Source: Okamejei kenojei (Eukaryota). Taken from it: a stretch of 64,000 nt of DNA. This document shows positions 12,263 to 24,620 of the stretch, one piece after another (positions within the stretch are counted from its first letter, which is position 1; the number at the start of each line of letters is the position of its first letter). The notes beneath the pieces are model-generated. The model made no database searches. It saw only the letters and a program-made list of their open reading frames with translations, and was not told the DNA's origin. The DNA lies in the NCBI GenBank assembly GCA_035221665.1, contig CM069134.1, forward strand, positions 121,458,001 through 121,522,000, given 5' to 3'. The position numbers and the translations under genes are program-made.

Positions 12263-14296
12263 TAGGTGACTAAGTGATGCTGTGGAAATATGGTTGAAAC
12301 TTAGCTCAGCGTCAACTATAGCAACAAGGTTGCAAATGCCATTTCTCTCAGCTTACGACCACCCGACCTATGTACTGCCTATACATCAGAATGAGTGTTT
12401 GGGACACTGACAGGAAGGATTTGCCAGCTGTGGTACTGTATTTATCTCCACCCTGTGGGAATACTGTTCTTGGTCACATTTCCAACTTGTAAAGTGTTTG
12501 TGTTATAAACTGTTTGTGGGAATGGAACCTTGTGGTAACCTGCAGAGGACCTGTAGATAGACAAAACATGCTGGAGTGACTCAGCGGGACTGACAGCATC
12601 TCTGGAGAGAAAGAATGGGTGACGTTTCAGGTCAAGATCCCTCTTCAGACTTTTCAGACTCTTCGGGACCTGTAGTCTGGTATTAGTTCAGTCAGATGCC
12701 AGGGAGATGGTTGGAATCTGTGGCTTGCATTGTTATTATGTTGAGTGGGCGCAACGCCAATAACTAGCCAAATTGGAGGAACATGATCAGTCTCTGTACA
12801 TGCAATGAGAGTATTATCAAGTGTACTGTGAATGACTTATGTACAAAGAGGTTAAACAGTTTTTTTAAAAAAGAATTCAAATTTTATGAATGAAAGTGCA
12901 CAAAATACTGAAAAGGGTAGACAATAGTCATCAATGAAAATAAGCCAAAATCCGATAAGGGAATTTAGATTTTAATGAATGAATTGTAAAAAGAAAATAA
13001 GTAAAATCATTTTTGGATGTACTGGTTTCAATGATATCCTAATTTAGATACTAAAGTTCTTCAGGGATCAGTAAAATGTATTTTCCTCAACCGTTGCTTA
13101 TTTTTGTGTTCCCACAACTATAACATTCTCATGTCTGGCATGATTAAAACAACTTCTGTAACATAACTAAAGAGAAGATAAACTAATTCAGATTCTCTCT
13201 GACGCATCTAAAGGAATATAGAGGAAGATTTCTTTCTATCTTTCCTTTATATATTGTGCACATGGACTTCAGTAAGGCATTCAACAAGGTTCCGCATGGT
13301 AGGCTGTTCTGGAAGGTTAGATCACATGGGATCCAGGGAGAGATAGCCGAATGGATAGCAAATTGGCTCCATGGAAGGAAGCAGTGGGTGATGGTGGAAG
13401 GTTGCTTCTTAGACTGGAGGCCTGTGATTAGTGGTGTGCCTCAGGGATCGGTGCTGGGCCCGTTACTGTTTGTCACCTACATCAGTGATTTGGATGAGAA
13501 CATACAGGGCAAGATTAGCAAGTTTGCTAATGATACAAATGTTAGTGGTTTTGCATATAGTGAAGATGGTTGTGAACGATTGCAGCAGGATCTGGATCAA
13601 TTGGCCAGCTGGGCGGAGGAATGATTGATGGAATTTAATACAGAGAAGTGTGAGCTGTTGCATTTTGGGATGTCGAATAAGGGCAGGACCTACACAATAA
13701 ATGGTAGGCCACTAGGTTGTGTTGTAGAGCGGAGGGATCTAGGAGTACAGTGTGTATGGTTCCTTGAAGGTCTAGTCGCAGGTAGATAAGGTGGTCAAAA
13801 AGGCTTTTGATACTTTGGTCTTTATCAGTCAGAATATTGAGTATAGAAGTTGGGAGGTCATGTTGAAGTTGTATAAGACATTGGTGAGACCACATTTAGA
13901 ATAATGTGTGCAGTTCTGGCCACCATGTTATAGGACAAATATTGTCAAGCTTGAAAGGGTTCAGAAAAGATTTACAAAGTTGTTGCCAGGACTAGATGGT
14001 GTGAGCTATAGGGAGAGGTTGAGTAGGCTGGGTCTCTATTCCATGGAGCACAGGAAGATGAGGGGAGATCTTATAGGGGTATACAATATCATGAAATGAA
14101 TAGATCGGGTAGATGCACAGTCTCTTGCCCAGTGTAGGGGAATCGAGGTCCAGAGGACATAGACTCAAGGTGAAGGGGAAAAGATTTAATAGGAATCCGA
14201 GGGGTAACTTGTAAATTTTCACACAACGGGTGGTGGGTGTATGGAACAAGGTGCCAGAGAAAATAGTTGAGGCTGGGAGTATCACATCGTTTAAGA

Positions 14297-15022
14297 CGGG
14301 TGCCTCCAAACTTTTCAGCATGAGGGTAGACAAAAGTGCTGGAGAAACTCAGCGGGTGAGGCAGCATTTATGGAGCGATGGAAATAGGCAATGTCTGGGG
14401 CCGAAAGCCTTCTTCAGCATGAGGGCAACATTATATATTTTGCACATTTTTGCGGGACACCCCCCCCCATCTCCCATCTCCGCAGGGCTGGCGTGAGAGG
14501 GGGGGGGGGGAATGAAAGGGGGGAGAGAGGGCAGGGTCACCCTCAAGGGGGAGAGACCGCTACATGCCGACCCTGGCTGACCCTGCCGCCAACTAGCTCC
14601 CCCTCCACTCCCCACCCCACGCTACTGCCCCGCACAACTTGCCTTTGCAACATAGGAGCAGTGGCACGGTGGTGGAGCGGTAGAGTTGCTGCCTTACAGC
14701 GCCAGAGACCCGCGTTCCATCCTGACTATGGGTGCTATCTGTATGGAGTTTGTACTTGTGTGGATTATCTGCGGGTGCTCTGGTTTCCTCCCACACTCCA
14801 CATTTGCAGGTTAATTGAATTTGTTCCGAGTGTGTGTAGGATAGTGCTAGTGAGTAAGGGAACGCTTCAATGGGCCGAAGGGTCTGTATCTCTATAGCTG
14901 TGCTACCACAGAACCCGCTAAATGGCCCGTCGCACGTAACGTACTAAAAGCTTGCTGCGGGCTGGATAAAATCTCGTGGCGGACCGGACGTGGCCCGCGG
15001 GCAATAGTTTGGAGACCCCCTG
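14297..15022. mobile_element. Non-autonomous hAT (Charlie-like) element
   Basis: Imperfect TIRs cgggtgcctccaaact / agtttggagaccccctg; exact 8-bp TSD gtttaaga at 14289-14296 and 15023-15030. Confidence 0.85.
14660..14895 (+). mobile_element. V-SINE inside the hAT element
   Basis: gcggtagagttgctgccttacagcgccagagaccc...gtatggagtttgtac...gggtgctctggtttcctcccac. Confidence 0.85.
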
Positions 15023-15485
15023 GTTTAAGAAACAGTTAGACAGGTACATGGATAGGACAGGTTTGGAGGGATATGGACCAAACGCAGGCAAGTGGGACTA
15101 GGGTAGCTGGGACATTGTTGTACGGTGTGGGCGAGTTGGGCCAAAGGGCATGTTTCCACAATGCCTCCATATGTTACATAGAAAATAGATGCAGGAGGAG
15201 GCCATTCAGCCCTTTGAGCCAGCACCGCATAATAGGGAATTTTAATAGGGTATTTTTTTTAATAGCAGCTTTAATGTAAACATAATTGGGGATAAAATGG
15301 AGAGTGGTTTACTGTTCTGGAATTGAAACAAAGAAAAATGCTCATGAATAATTTTGGTAATACATGTCAGTATGGTGTTGCCCAAATAGAAATTATGTTG
15401 TGCCGCTTTGTTTTGATCTTCTGAAGTTTCTAAGAGATCTTCTGTCTGCATTTGCTTAAATTTGTGCCACAATTTTACTTAATAG

Positions 15486-15624
15486 TTGCTTCTGCAAAGT
15501 TAAAAAGAAGAAAAATTTGGTTTGGAACTGCAATCTATGTGGAATTATCAGCAGATGGAGAACTAAAGAAATCTGCAAAATCAAATAGTTCATCCAATCC
15601 AAAATGGGATGAGCACTTAACAAT
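15486..15624 (+). CDS. WWP1: WWP1 coding exon 2, C2 domain (VASAKLKRRKIWFGTAIYVE...NPKWDEHLT)
   Basis: aatag|TT ... AT|gtaagc; 139 nt. Confidence 0.95.
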
Positions 15625-16019
15625 GTAAGCAAAATGACAAATGTTTATTTTCGATGTATAATAAATATTAATATAAGTTTGAAAATATGTTCTAACCTAT
15701 CACTAAATTACAAAGGGATTAGACTGTCTAACCTGTGAAATTAAATTTTCTGGAAATTTATGTAGGCAAAATTCTAAACTTATGTTTAAATGGGAAGACA
15801 TTTAAACTTTTTTTTGTGATATTGAATTCCAACCGTTTTCTTGCTATTCTACCTCAGCAATCTTGGAGACAGATCCGAGTAAATAACAGGGAGGATAGGA
15901 ATTGAGGCTTCACCTAAGCAAATCCCATACCAAACTGCCCAATCCAGGAAGTACAGGTGAAGGATAGGATGCGGAAGTCAATTATAGAATACGTGAGCAA
16001 TTGAAAGAGACAGCTTAGT

Positions 16020-16310
16020 TTTTCGTTTTTAGAGATACAGCGCGGAAACAGGCCCCACCAACCAGCGATCCACACACTTTAACACTACCCTGCACATGCT
16101 GGGGACAATATTACATTTATCCAATTATACCAAGCCAATTATACCAAGCTACATATCTATACATCTTTGGAGTGTGGAAGGAAACTGAAGATCTCAAGAG
16201 AAAACTCACGCAGGTCACGGGGAGAACTTACAAACTCCATACAGATAAGCACCCGTAGTCAGGATCGAACCCGGGTCTCTGGCGCTGTAAGGCAGTAGCT
16301 CCACCTGCTG
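16020..16310 (-). mobile_element. V-SINE
   Basis: Reverse complement B-box gggttcgatcc and V-domain. Confidence 0.85.
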
Positions 16311-16500
16311 TGCGCAAAATGGCCTTTCCTTACTCTGAACTTTATGCCGACATGAGATTTTCTTAATTTTTTGTATGGCTTTCGCTAGTTTTACGCAGTA
16401 GGTGAATACTATTGATTAGAAGAAATCATATATATGGGTTTATCGACCATCACTTTTCATCTTTGATTTTTTTACTGAGCAAAATATATTAAACACTCTT

Positions 16501-16825
16501 CATAGAAACATAGAAAATAGGTGCAGGAGTAGGCATTTGGCTCTTTGAGCCATTCAATATGATCATTATTGATCATCCAAAATCAGTACCCCATTCCTGC
16601 TTTCTCCCCATACCCCTTGATTCCATTAGCCCCAAGAGCTCTATCTAACTCTCTCGAAAACATCCATTGCCTTCTGTGGCAGAGGATCCCACAGATTCAC
16701 AACTCTGGGTGAAAGAGTTTTTCCTCATCTCAGTCCAAAAGGGCCTACCCCTTATTGTTAAACTGTGACCCCCTGGTTCTGGACTCCCCCGAAATTGGGA
16801 ACACTTCCTGTATCTTACCTGCATC
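16501..16825 (-). mobile_element. CR1 3' fragment
   Basis: catagaaacatagaaaataggtgcaggagtagg is the reverse of the CR1 tail. Confidence 0.85.
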
Positions 16826-16984
16826 TATGCCACCAGAGTTGGAAAAGTCCGAACATTTACAAAATAAAACATCCCTTTTGTGTTATTGAAAATGTTAATT
16901 TGTTATCATAAAATGTCATGGTTTATATAAAAAATAGTGGATGCTACAATCTTTCAAAATAACCATGAATCAAGATATGATTGA

Positions 16985-17206
<222 letters not shown>

Positions 17207-17826
17207 TAAAAATCATTATCCTATTAGGGTTACCTGTTACTGGAAAGGTGTTATACAAGGATAATGTAATATAAGGGGTACAACAACACCACAGTTTCAC
17301 CTCAAACTTTATTTCTTTGACGAGTCTATTTTGTATTCCCCTCTCTTTTAGCCATTAATTGGCAGTTGTCTCGATCTGTCTCGTTCCCCCACTTGGTAAT
17401 TCTAAGCATCTCTGAGACTTTCCTCAAAATAGGCTTTTTAACTTCAGCTTTTGGTAATTACTAGCATTCTCTTTCTTGCCTGACTTTAAATATCTTTGGC
17501 TTTTTTATTTCTTAAAAACTCTATTTAACAGAATAGGCACAGGGATATGCTGGGAATGTGAGGAGGGATGTGGTGTGGATCACCTGCAGACAGATGATGA
17601 GACTGGTTTGCCTTAGCATTATGTTCAATGCAGCCATTGTGTGCTAAAGGGCCTGTTCCAGTGCCGTACTTTTCTATATTCTAGCGGAGATTGTTGTTAA
17701 TAGTTATAGTTTGTTTTTAGCATTATTTCGAGCTAAAAGCTAAATATACAATTTGCCAAAGTGTTGTTTTTGCGGACATAACCGAACAAAATATTATTGT
17801 GCTGTAATTATTTTGTTTTTCATTAG

Positions 17827-17964
17827 TGGAAAATGTTAAAGAAGTGTTGAAGCTGACGTTAGAAAATAAGAGTGGGTCGGTACAAACTGGTGACCTGACT
17901 GTATTCCTTGATGGCATGACAGTGGATCAGGAATCTGTACCCAATGGCAATACATCAGCAACCA
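17827..17964 (+). CDS. WWP1: WWP1 coding exon 4, end of C2 (LENVKEVLKLTLENKSGSVQTGDLTVFLDG...)
   Basis: cattag|TG ... A|gtgagt; 138 nt. Confidence 0.95.
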
Positions 17965-18101
17965 GTGAGTAAATATAAAATATAGCCAGTTGGCCAGGAT
18001 AGTACAGTTAAAATATTTTACATTTGTATTACCAGTTACTTTAAAATAGCTTAAATAGCCTGTTAATTATATATCCATATAACTGAATTTCTTTTGCACA
18101 G

Positions 18102-18168
18102 AAGTTCAGCAGAATGGAGACGCCATCCACGTAAATGGAGGTGAATCTTCTACAAGGGCTAGAACAAG
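18102..18168 (+). CDS. WWP1: WWP1 coding exon 5 (KVQQNGDAIHVNGGESSTRART)
   Basis: ttgcacag|AA ... AG|gtgtgt; 67 nt; resembles human IQENGDALHENG. Confidence 0.85.
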
Positions 18169-18478
18169 GTGTGTAAAGACTTTCACTGAAATATAGCCAG
18201 ATTAATCCCCGACTGATAACTGATATAAATGTGATCTGGGGCGATAAAAATAAATCACTTCAGAGATATTCGTTGGGTGATATTTGTTCAGATATATTCA
18301 TTGGCTGTTATCAAACAACTGAATCATCCTACTACAACCAGAGAGCAGTGCTGAACTACTATCTATCTCTTTGATAACCCTCAGGCTATCCTTGATCGGA
18401 CTTGCTGGCTTTACCTTGCACCAAACATTATTCCCTTATCATGTATCTATACTGTAAATAGAACGGTTGTAATCATGT

Positions 18479-19547
18479 GGCAGACAAAAATGCTGGGGAA
18501 ACTCAGCGGGTGAGGCAGCATCTGGGGATAGAAGGAATAGGTGACGTTTCGGGTCGAGACCCTTCTTCAGACTAATGTTGTGGGTGGGGCGGGAAGAAGA
18601 AAGGAAGAGGCGGAGACAGTAGGCTTGTGGGAGAGCTGGGAAGGGGAGGGGAAAGAGGGAGAAAGCAGGGACTACCTGAAATTGGAGAAGTCAATATTCA
18701 TACCGCTAGGGTGTAAACTGCCCAAGCGAAATATGGGGTGCTGTTCCTCCAATTTGCGCTGGACCTCACTCTGGCAATGGAGGAGGCCCAGGCCAGAAAG
18801 GTTGGATTCAGAATGGGAGGGGGAGGTGAAGTGCTGAGCTACCGGGAGATCAGGTTGGTTATTGCGAACTGAGCAGAGGTGTAGGGCGAAGCGACCGCCA
18901 AGCCTGCGCTTGGTCTCACTGATGTAGAGCAGTTGACACCTGGAACAGCGGATGCAGTTGGAGGAGGTGCAGGTGAACCTTTGCCTCACCTGGAAGAACT
19001 GCTTGAGTCCTTGAATGCAGCCGAGGGGAGAGGCAAAACGACAAGTGTAGCATTTCCTGCAGGTTGCAAGGGAAAGTACCAGGGAGGGGGTGGTTTGGGT
19101 GGGAAGGGACGAATTGCCCAGAGAGTTACGGAGGGAGCAGTCTCTGCGGAGAGCCAAAAGCGGAAGAGAAGGGAAGATGAGGCCAGCGGTGGGATCCCAT
19201 TGGAGGTGGCGAGAATGTCGGCGGCAGCTGGTAGGGTGGAAGGTGAGGACAAGGGGGACTCTGTCCTTGTTACGAGTAGGGGGATGGGGAGTGAGAGCGG
19301 AACTACGGCATATAGAGGAGACCCTGGTGAGAGCCTCATCTATAGTGGAAGATGAGAACCCCTGTTCCCTAAAGAATGAGGATATCTCCGATGCCCTGGT
19401 TTGGAACACCTCATCCTGGGTGCAGATGCGGCGTAGACGGAGGAATTGGGAGTAAGGGATAGAGTTCTTACAGGATGCAGGGTGGGAAGATGTGTAGTCC
19501 AGATAGCCATGGGAGTCAGTGGGTTTGTAGTAGGGTTTGTGATGGGA
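18479..19547 (-). mobile_element. Penelope-like element (RT C-terminus, GIY-YIG, terminus) inserted into a Rex 3' fragment (about 18300-19600)
   Basis: ORF 18672..19409 CIRCSRCQLLYISETKRRLG...; 12-bp TSD ttgtaatcatgt at 18467-18478 and 19548-19559. Confidence 0.9.
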
Positions 19548-20339
19548 TTGTAATCATGTATTGTCTTTCTGCTGGCTGGTCACGTGACAATAAACGAAAC
19601 TGAAATCTGGAAGAAAATGTAGTGTTCACATCTACACGGGAAATAAATCACCGTTTTTATAAATGAAAATCCTAAAAACTACCTTTTATTTTACGTTAAT
19701 TGACCATTGTTCCCATACAACATAAGGTCAATGCAGACTCATTTTACTTTTAGAAACAGCATAGCTTGCTGCTAAGTTTTTAATGGTTGGATTTACATCA
19801 TTTAAAAATAAGTCCTTTTAAAAGTACGGTTAGCTTTCATGGCTCAAAATTAAACATTTTAAAGTTTTTATATATTTAGATAGTTAGCAGGTGTGTGGGT
19901 AAGAGTTTATCTGCTTTTTTGGGAAAATAGTCAAAATGTAAATAAGTTTATTCTAAAAATCACCAAAAATACTATTGTCTGAAATCAAATTGAATTGTTG
20001 CAAGAATTGTTTAAGAAGTGGATAGACAAAATATTATCAGATTTTGGATGTGCAGAAAATACAGAGTAAAATGAATTTGTCAGTAGAAATGGAACACTCG
20101 TCATTTGTTCACTGTGTGTATCGTATTCTGTGAAAACTGATTAAACTTGGAATTATATTTTTCTCATACATTCTCATCCAAGTCATTTATACTTAACTGA
20201 TAAGAAAGATTCTGCCACTGTTCCTCATGGTACGCTACTTGTTTACAAGCAGAAAAACACCTATCCAGAAATCCCCTCCATCTCCTATCATCAAGGCAAT
20301 TTTGAAATCAGTATGCCAACATGCTTTAAATTCTTTGTT

Positions 20340-21340
20340 TAACCTTCTGGAGCCTTACTAAATTCTAAGTAAACCATGTCTCAATTTCCTTGGTTACATT
20401 CTCAAAAAAAAACTTAGAAAGAATTGTGAGACATGATCTCCCCTGCAGAAAGCTATGCTGACTCCAAATCAGACCATGTTTTTCCAAGTGACCATCAATC
20501 TGTCCTCCAGAATCTTCTCCAATAGCTTCCCAATTACTGATGTAAAGCTCAGCGGCATGTAGTTCGTTGTAGTTTCTACAACCTTTTTTTACTGCGCGGA
20601 CAACACTAGCTATCATAAAATCTTCTGGTGCTTTAGTTGTGGTTAACAAAGATTCAAAATGTCAGCGCCCCAGCAATCTTCTCTGTTGCTTCCCTTAGCA
20701 TCCTGGATAGATCTGGTTTGGGCCCTGGCGATTTATCCACCCTGGTGTGCACCAATATTTCTAAAATTTCCTTCTTCATCATACAAACATGTCCAAGATA
20801 TCCTTCCCTTCACTCTTTGGCTTCCACACCCTTGTGAATACCGATGAGATGTATTAGTGTAAGATCTTGCTGATATCCCGTACCTCTACGCATAGATTAC
20901 TCCTTTAATCTATGATGGTACCCATTACATCCATGGCTATCCTTTTGCTTCTATTATGAAATGTTGTAGGATTCTCCTTAATCCTATTTGCCAAGGTCAT
21001 TTCATGGTTGCTTTGTGCACTCCTAATTTCTTTCTTAAATTCCCTCTGACATCCCCTGTAAACCTCCAGAGACTCACTCAATACTAATTTCCCATATCGG
21101 ACAGTCATGTCTTTTTTTCCCCTAATCAAACTTTTAAGTATCCGCCGTTGATCAAGGTACCCTAAACTTACTATCTTTATCTCGTACACATACAGATTCT
21201 GAACTCTTCATATTTTGCAATTTAATGACTACCACTTTTCAGATATTGTTTTCCGCTGTAGCAGCTGCTCCCAGTCTATTTCTGCCATTCCCTGCCTTAC
21301 ACTGTTAAAATCCGCCCTTCCCCAGTTTAGGGCTTTACCT
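20340..21340 (-). mobile_element. Old degenerate CR1 internal fragment
   Basis: ORFs with SQHSFLQGRSCLT and LANRIKENP; DKSPGP-like segment near 20720-20735. Confidence 0.7.
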
Positions 21341-21374
21341 CGAGGACTTATTAGTGGAGCAGACGAAATGTATA

Positions 21375-21550
21375 GAAAGGAACTGCAGACACTGGTTTAC
21401 ACCAAAGATAGACACAAAATGCTGGAGTAACTCAGCGGGTCAGGCAGCATCTCTGGAGAGAAGGTCTGAAGAAGGGTCTCGACCCGAAACGCCATCCATT
21501 CCTTCTCTCCAGATACCGCTGATTTACTCCAGCATTTTGTGCCTATCTTC
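21375..21550. mobile_element. Fold-back mini-PLE with hammerhead-like core at its centre
   Basis: Arms agacacaaaatgctggagtaa.../...ttactccagcattttgtgcct; centre ctgaagaagggtctcgacccgaaac. Confidence 0.75.
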
Positions 21551-22029
21551 CAGGACTGTTCATCGAAGATAGACACAAAATGCTGGAGCTACACAGCGGT
21601 ATCAGCTTTATCTTTTTCTGTGGCTACCGTGAAGCTTACCAAATTATGGCCACAGTTTCCATATATTCTTCACAGACATTTGAATCACTTGTCCACCTTT
21701 GGCACATAAGATCAGGCCCTACCCTAGTAGGACTGTAAATGCTGACACAGATAACCATCTGGAATAGATGTTATGAATTCTTCCCCTCACTTTTACCCCT
21801 TGAACCCCCAAATCCATCAATGTTTTTTAGCACCCAACTTTTTACTCTGCCTCTATTTGACTTCACATGAGTGCATCACATTGCAATTTTTAAGTCAAGT
21901 GATTATGTTTCAAAATTTCCTAATTTATGAACAGCTCTAACAGATTGGAAATCAGTAAATGTAGCACTGCATTCCAAGGGAACAGGGAGAGAGGAAAATA
22001 AAGGAACTACAGATCAGTTAACTGGACAG

Positions 22030-22450
22030 TGTTTGACAGCACTGGGCTTGTACTAGAAGGAGTGGGGGGGGGGGGACCTCATACAAACTTACCACATATG
22101 AAAGGTTTGGATAGAGTGAATGTGGAGAGGATGTTTCCACTCATGGAGAGTCTAGGACAAGAGGTCATAGCCTCAGAATTAAAGAATGTTCCTTTAGAAA
22201 GGAGATGAGCAGGAATTTCTTTAGTCAGGGGGTGGTAAATCTGTGGAATTCTTTGCCACAGAAGGCTGTGGAGGCCACGTCAATTTTTACTTTGGTCAGA
22301 TTCTTGAATAGTACGGGTGTCAGGCATTATGGGGAGAAGGCAGGAGAATGGGGTTAGGAGGGAGAGATAGATCAGCCATGATTGAATGGCAGAAAAGACG
22401 ATGGGCCGAATGGCCTAATTCTGCTCCTATCACTTATCACCTTATGATCA
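22030..22450 (+). mobile_element. CR1 3' fragment
   Basis: Same family as 1500-1930. Confidence 0.8.
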
Positions 22451-22799
22451 TGACATTGTTTTTAGCAAAATGGTGTCATTTATCAGTAAGAATGCAGAAA
22501 AGTATAATATGATTAGGCTGAAATATCATGAGTTTATTGGCGGCAAATTGCATTTATGAAACCTGGCAGTATATGCCTATGTAATACACATAATAAATAA
22601 AGAACCAATTGATGTTATATTAATATATAGTACGGATATAGTGTCAAAAGACATTTGATAAGGTACCACAAAACTAGTTCTATATAGAATAAGGACTTGT
22701 GTTGTTAGTGATAACATGTTAGCAAAGATAGTAGCATAGTTAAATCTCAGCATGCAGAAAATAGGAATAATGGGTTGTGTCTGGTTTGGCAGGTTATTA

Positions 22800-23160
22800 G
22801 CATCATTGCCAAGGCCACCAGCATAATCAAGGACAAGCCTCACCCCAGTTACTCGCTCTTCTGCCCTCTCCCATCAGGCAAGAGGTACAGAAGTGTGAAA
22901 ATTCACACCTTCCAGATTCAGGGACAGTTTCTTTCTAGTTGTTATCTGGCAATTGAACCATCCTAGCACCAACTAGAGAGCGGCGCTGACCTCCTGAACT
23001 AGTGAGCGTCAATGAACTCTATTACCATTATCATGTATCTGACCACTGCGGACAGCTTGATTGTAGTCATTTATAGTCTTTCCGCTGACTGGATAGCACT
23101 CAACAAAAAGGCTTTTCACTGTACCTCGGTGCACGTGACAATAATAAACTAAACTAAACT
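22800..23160 (+). mobile_element. Rex1-type 3' fragment
   Basis: KATSIIKDKPHP...LPSGKRYRS; ends gtgacaataa(taaac)n. Confidence 0.75.
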
Positions 23161-23654
23161 TCTTGTGTTATGAAAATCATTGCTGGATACTCTATTATCC
23201 ACAGTTTATATTGACAACCAGGTCAAACTCTTAAAGTGTAACATGTGCAGGTTTGCTGATGATGAAATAGGTAGGTGGGATTTGAAGCATGTGAGGAGGA
23301 CACAGAGAGCGTTTCTCACATGTTTTTTCTGGGTCATTTGACCGTAGAATAATGGCACAATAATTACTTCAGTATTCTGTGTTCCAACAAAGTAAGTTGG
23401 CTCTCGTTTCCATTCATGCTCAGCCTTTATTAACCAGTGGGAATTACGTGCATGTGGACATAGGAAGAGGGATGGGTTGCACTTAGTCCCGATCATTTCC
23501 TTTGATTGGACAGTGCACATAATAGAATTGTAATAGAGAGTTCCATTAATTAAATTGATGGAAACTATTTTATTCATAGCGTAATATTTGAATTAAAGCA
23601 GATTTAGCTTGAAATAGCTTCCTTTGTGTTAATTTTGATTTTCTTTTCCGTAAG

Positions 23655-23833
23655 CTCCAACACTGAAACCTCCAACTGTGCAGATAGTCCATCAACGAGT
23701 TCTTCGCGGCAATCTGCAGCCAATTCTCCGGTATTGAATGGAGAAAGCAATCACTCTCCCTGTCTTGCAGCAGCCAGGCCGCAAAATACAACAGCGCCAA
23801 AAGACTCGGCTTTTCAAGCTGCCTGTAGTACTG
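23655..23833 (+). CDS. WWP1: WWP1 coding exon 6, C2-WW1 linker (SNTETS...LNGES...AARPQNTTAPK)
   Basis: ttccgtaag|C ... G|gtaagg; 179 nt; AARPxNTxAPK motif as in human WWP1. Confidence 0.85.
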
Positions 23834-24064
23834 GTAAGGAATGTAGCAAGTTTGGTACCATGAGAGAAGGGAGAGAGAGCGAGAGACTACTCTGTTTTAT
23901 ACAGTGTTTTCCCTCGCCTCAGAACCTTAGAGAGTGCCTTATGACCTATTGAAGCATCTGTGGTCTCGACACTGTTATAATGTAGGAAGCTCAGCAATCA
24001 TTTTATATTCAGCAAAGGGAACCTGCCATTTGAACTGGCGGATATAAACTGCCTAATAGGTATA

Positions 24065-24620
24065 CATAGAAACATAGAAAATAGGTGCAGGAGTAGGCCA
24101 TTCGGCCCTTCGAGCCTGCACCGCTATTCAATATGATCATGGCTGATCATCCAACTCAGTATCCTGTACTGCCTTCTCTCCATACCCCCTGATCCCTTTA
24201 GCCACAAGGGCCACATCTAACTCCCTCTTAAATATAGCCAATGAACTGGCCTCAACTACCTTCTGTGGCAGAGAATTCCAGAAACTCACCACTCTCTGTG
24301 TGAAAAATGTTTTCCTCATCTCGGTCCTAAAGGAATTCCCCCTTATCCTTAGACTGTGACCCCTTGTTTGGGACCTCCCCAACATCGGGAACAATCTTCC
24401 TGCATCTAGCCTATCCAACCCCTTAAGTATTTTGTAAGTTTCTATAAGATCCCCCCCTCAGTCTTCTAAATTCTATCGAGTACAAGCCAAGTCTATCCAG
24501 TCTTTCCTCACATGAAAGCCCTGACATCCCAGGAATCAGTCTGGTGAACCTTCTCTGTACCCCCTCTATGGCAAGAATGTCTTTCCTCAGATTTGGAGAC
24601 CAAAATTGTACGCAATACCC
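24065..24620 (-). mobile_element. Young CR1 3' fragment
   Basis: ORF 24137..24418; near-identical by eye to the reverse complement of about 4218-4770. Confidence 0.92.

Larger units (their letters stand above)
13255..15170 (+). mobile_element. CR1 LINE (second subfamily), RT to 3' end, interrupted by hAT element
   Basis: MDFSKAFNKVPH...SGVPQGSVLGPLLF...KISKFANDT; resumes after 15030. Confidence 0.9.
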
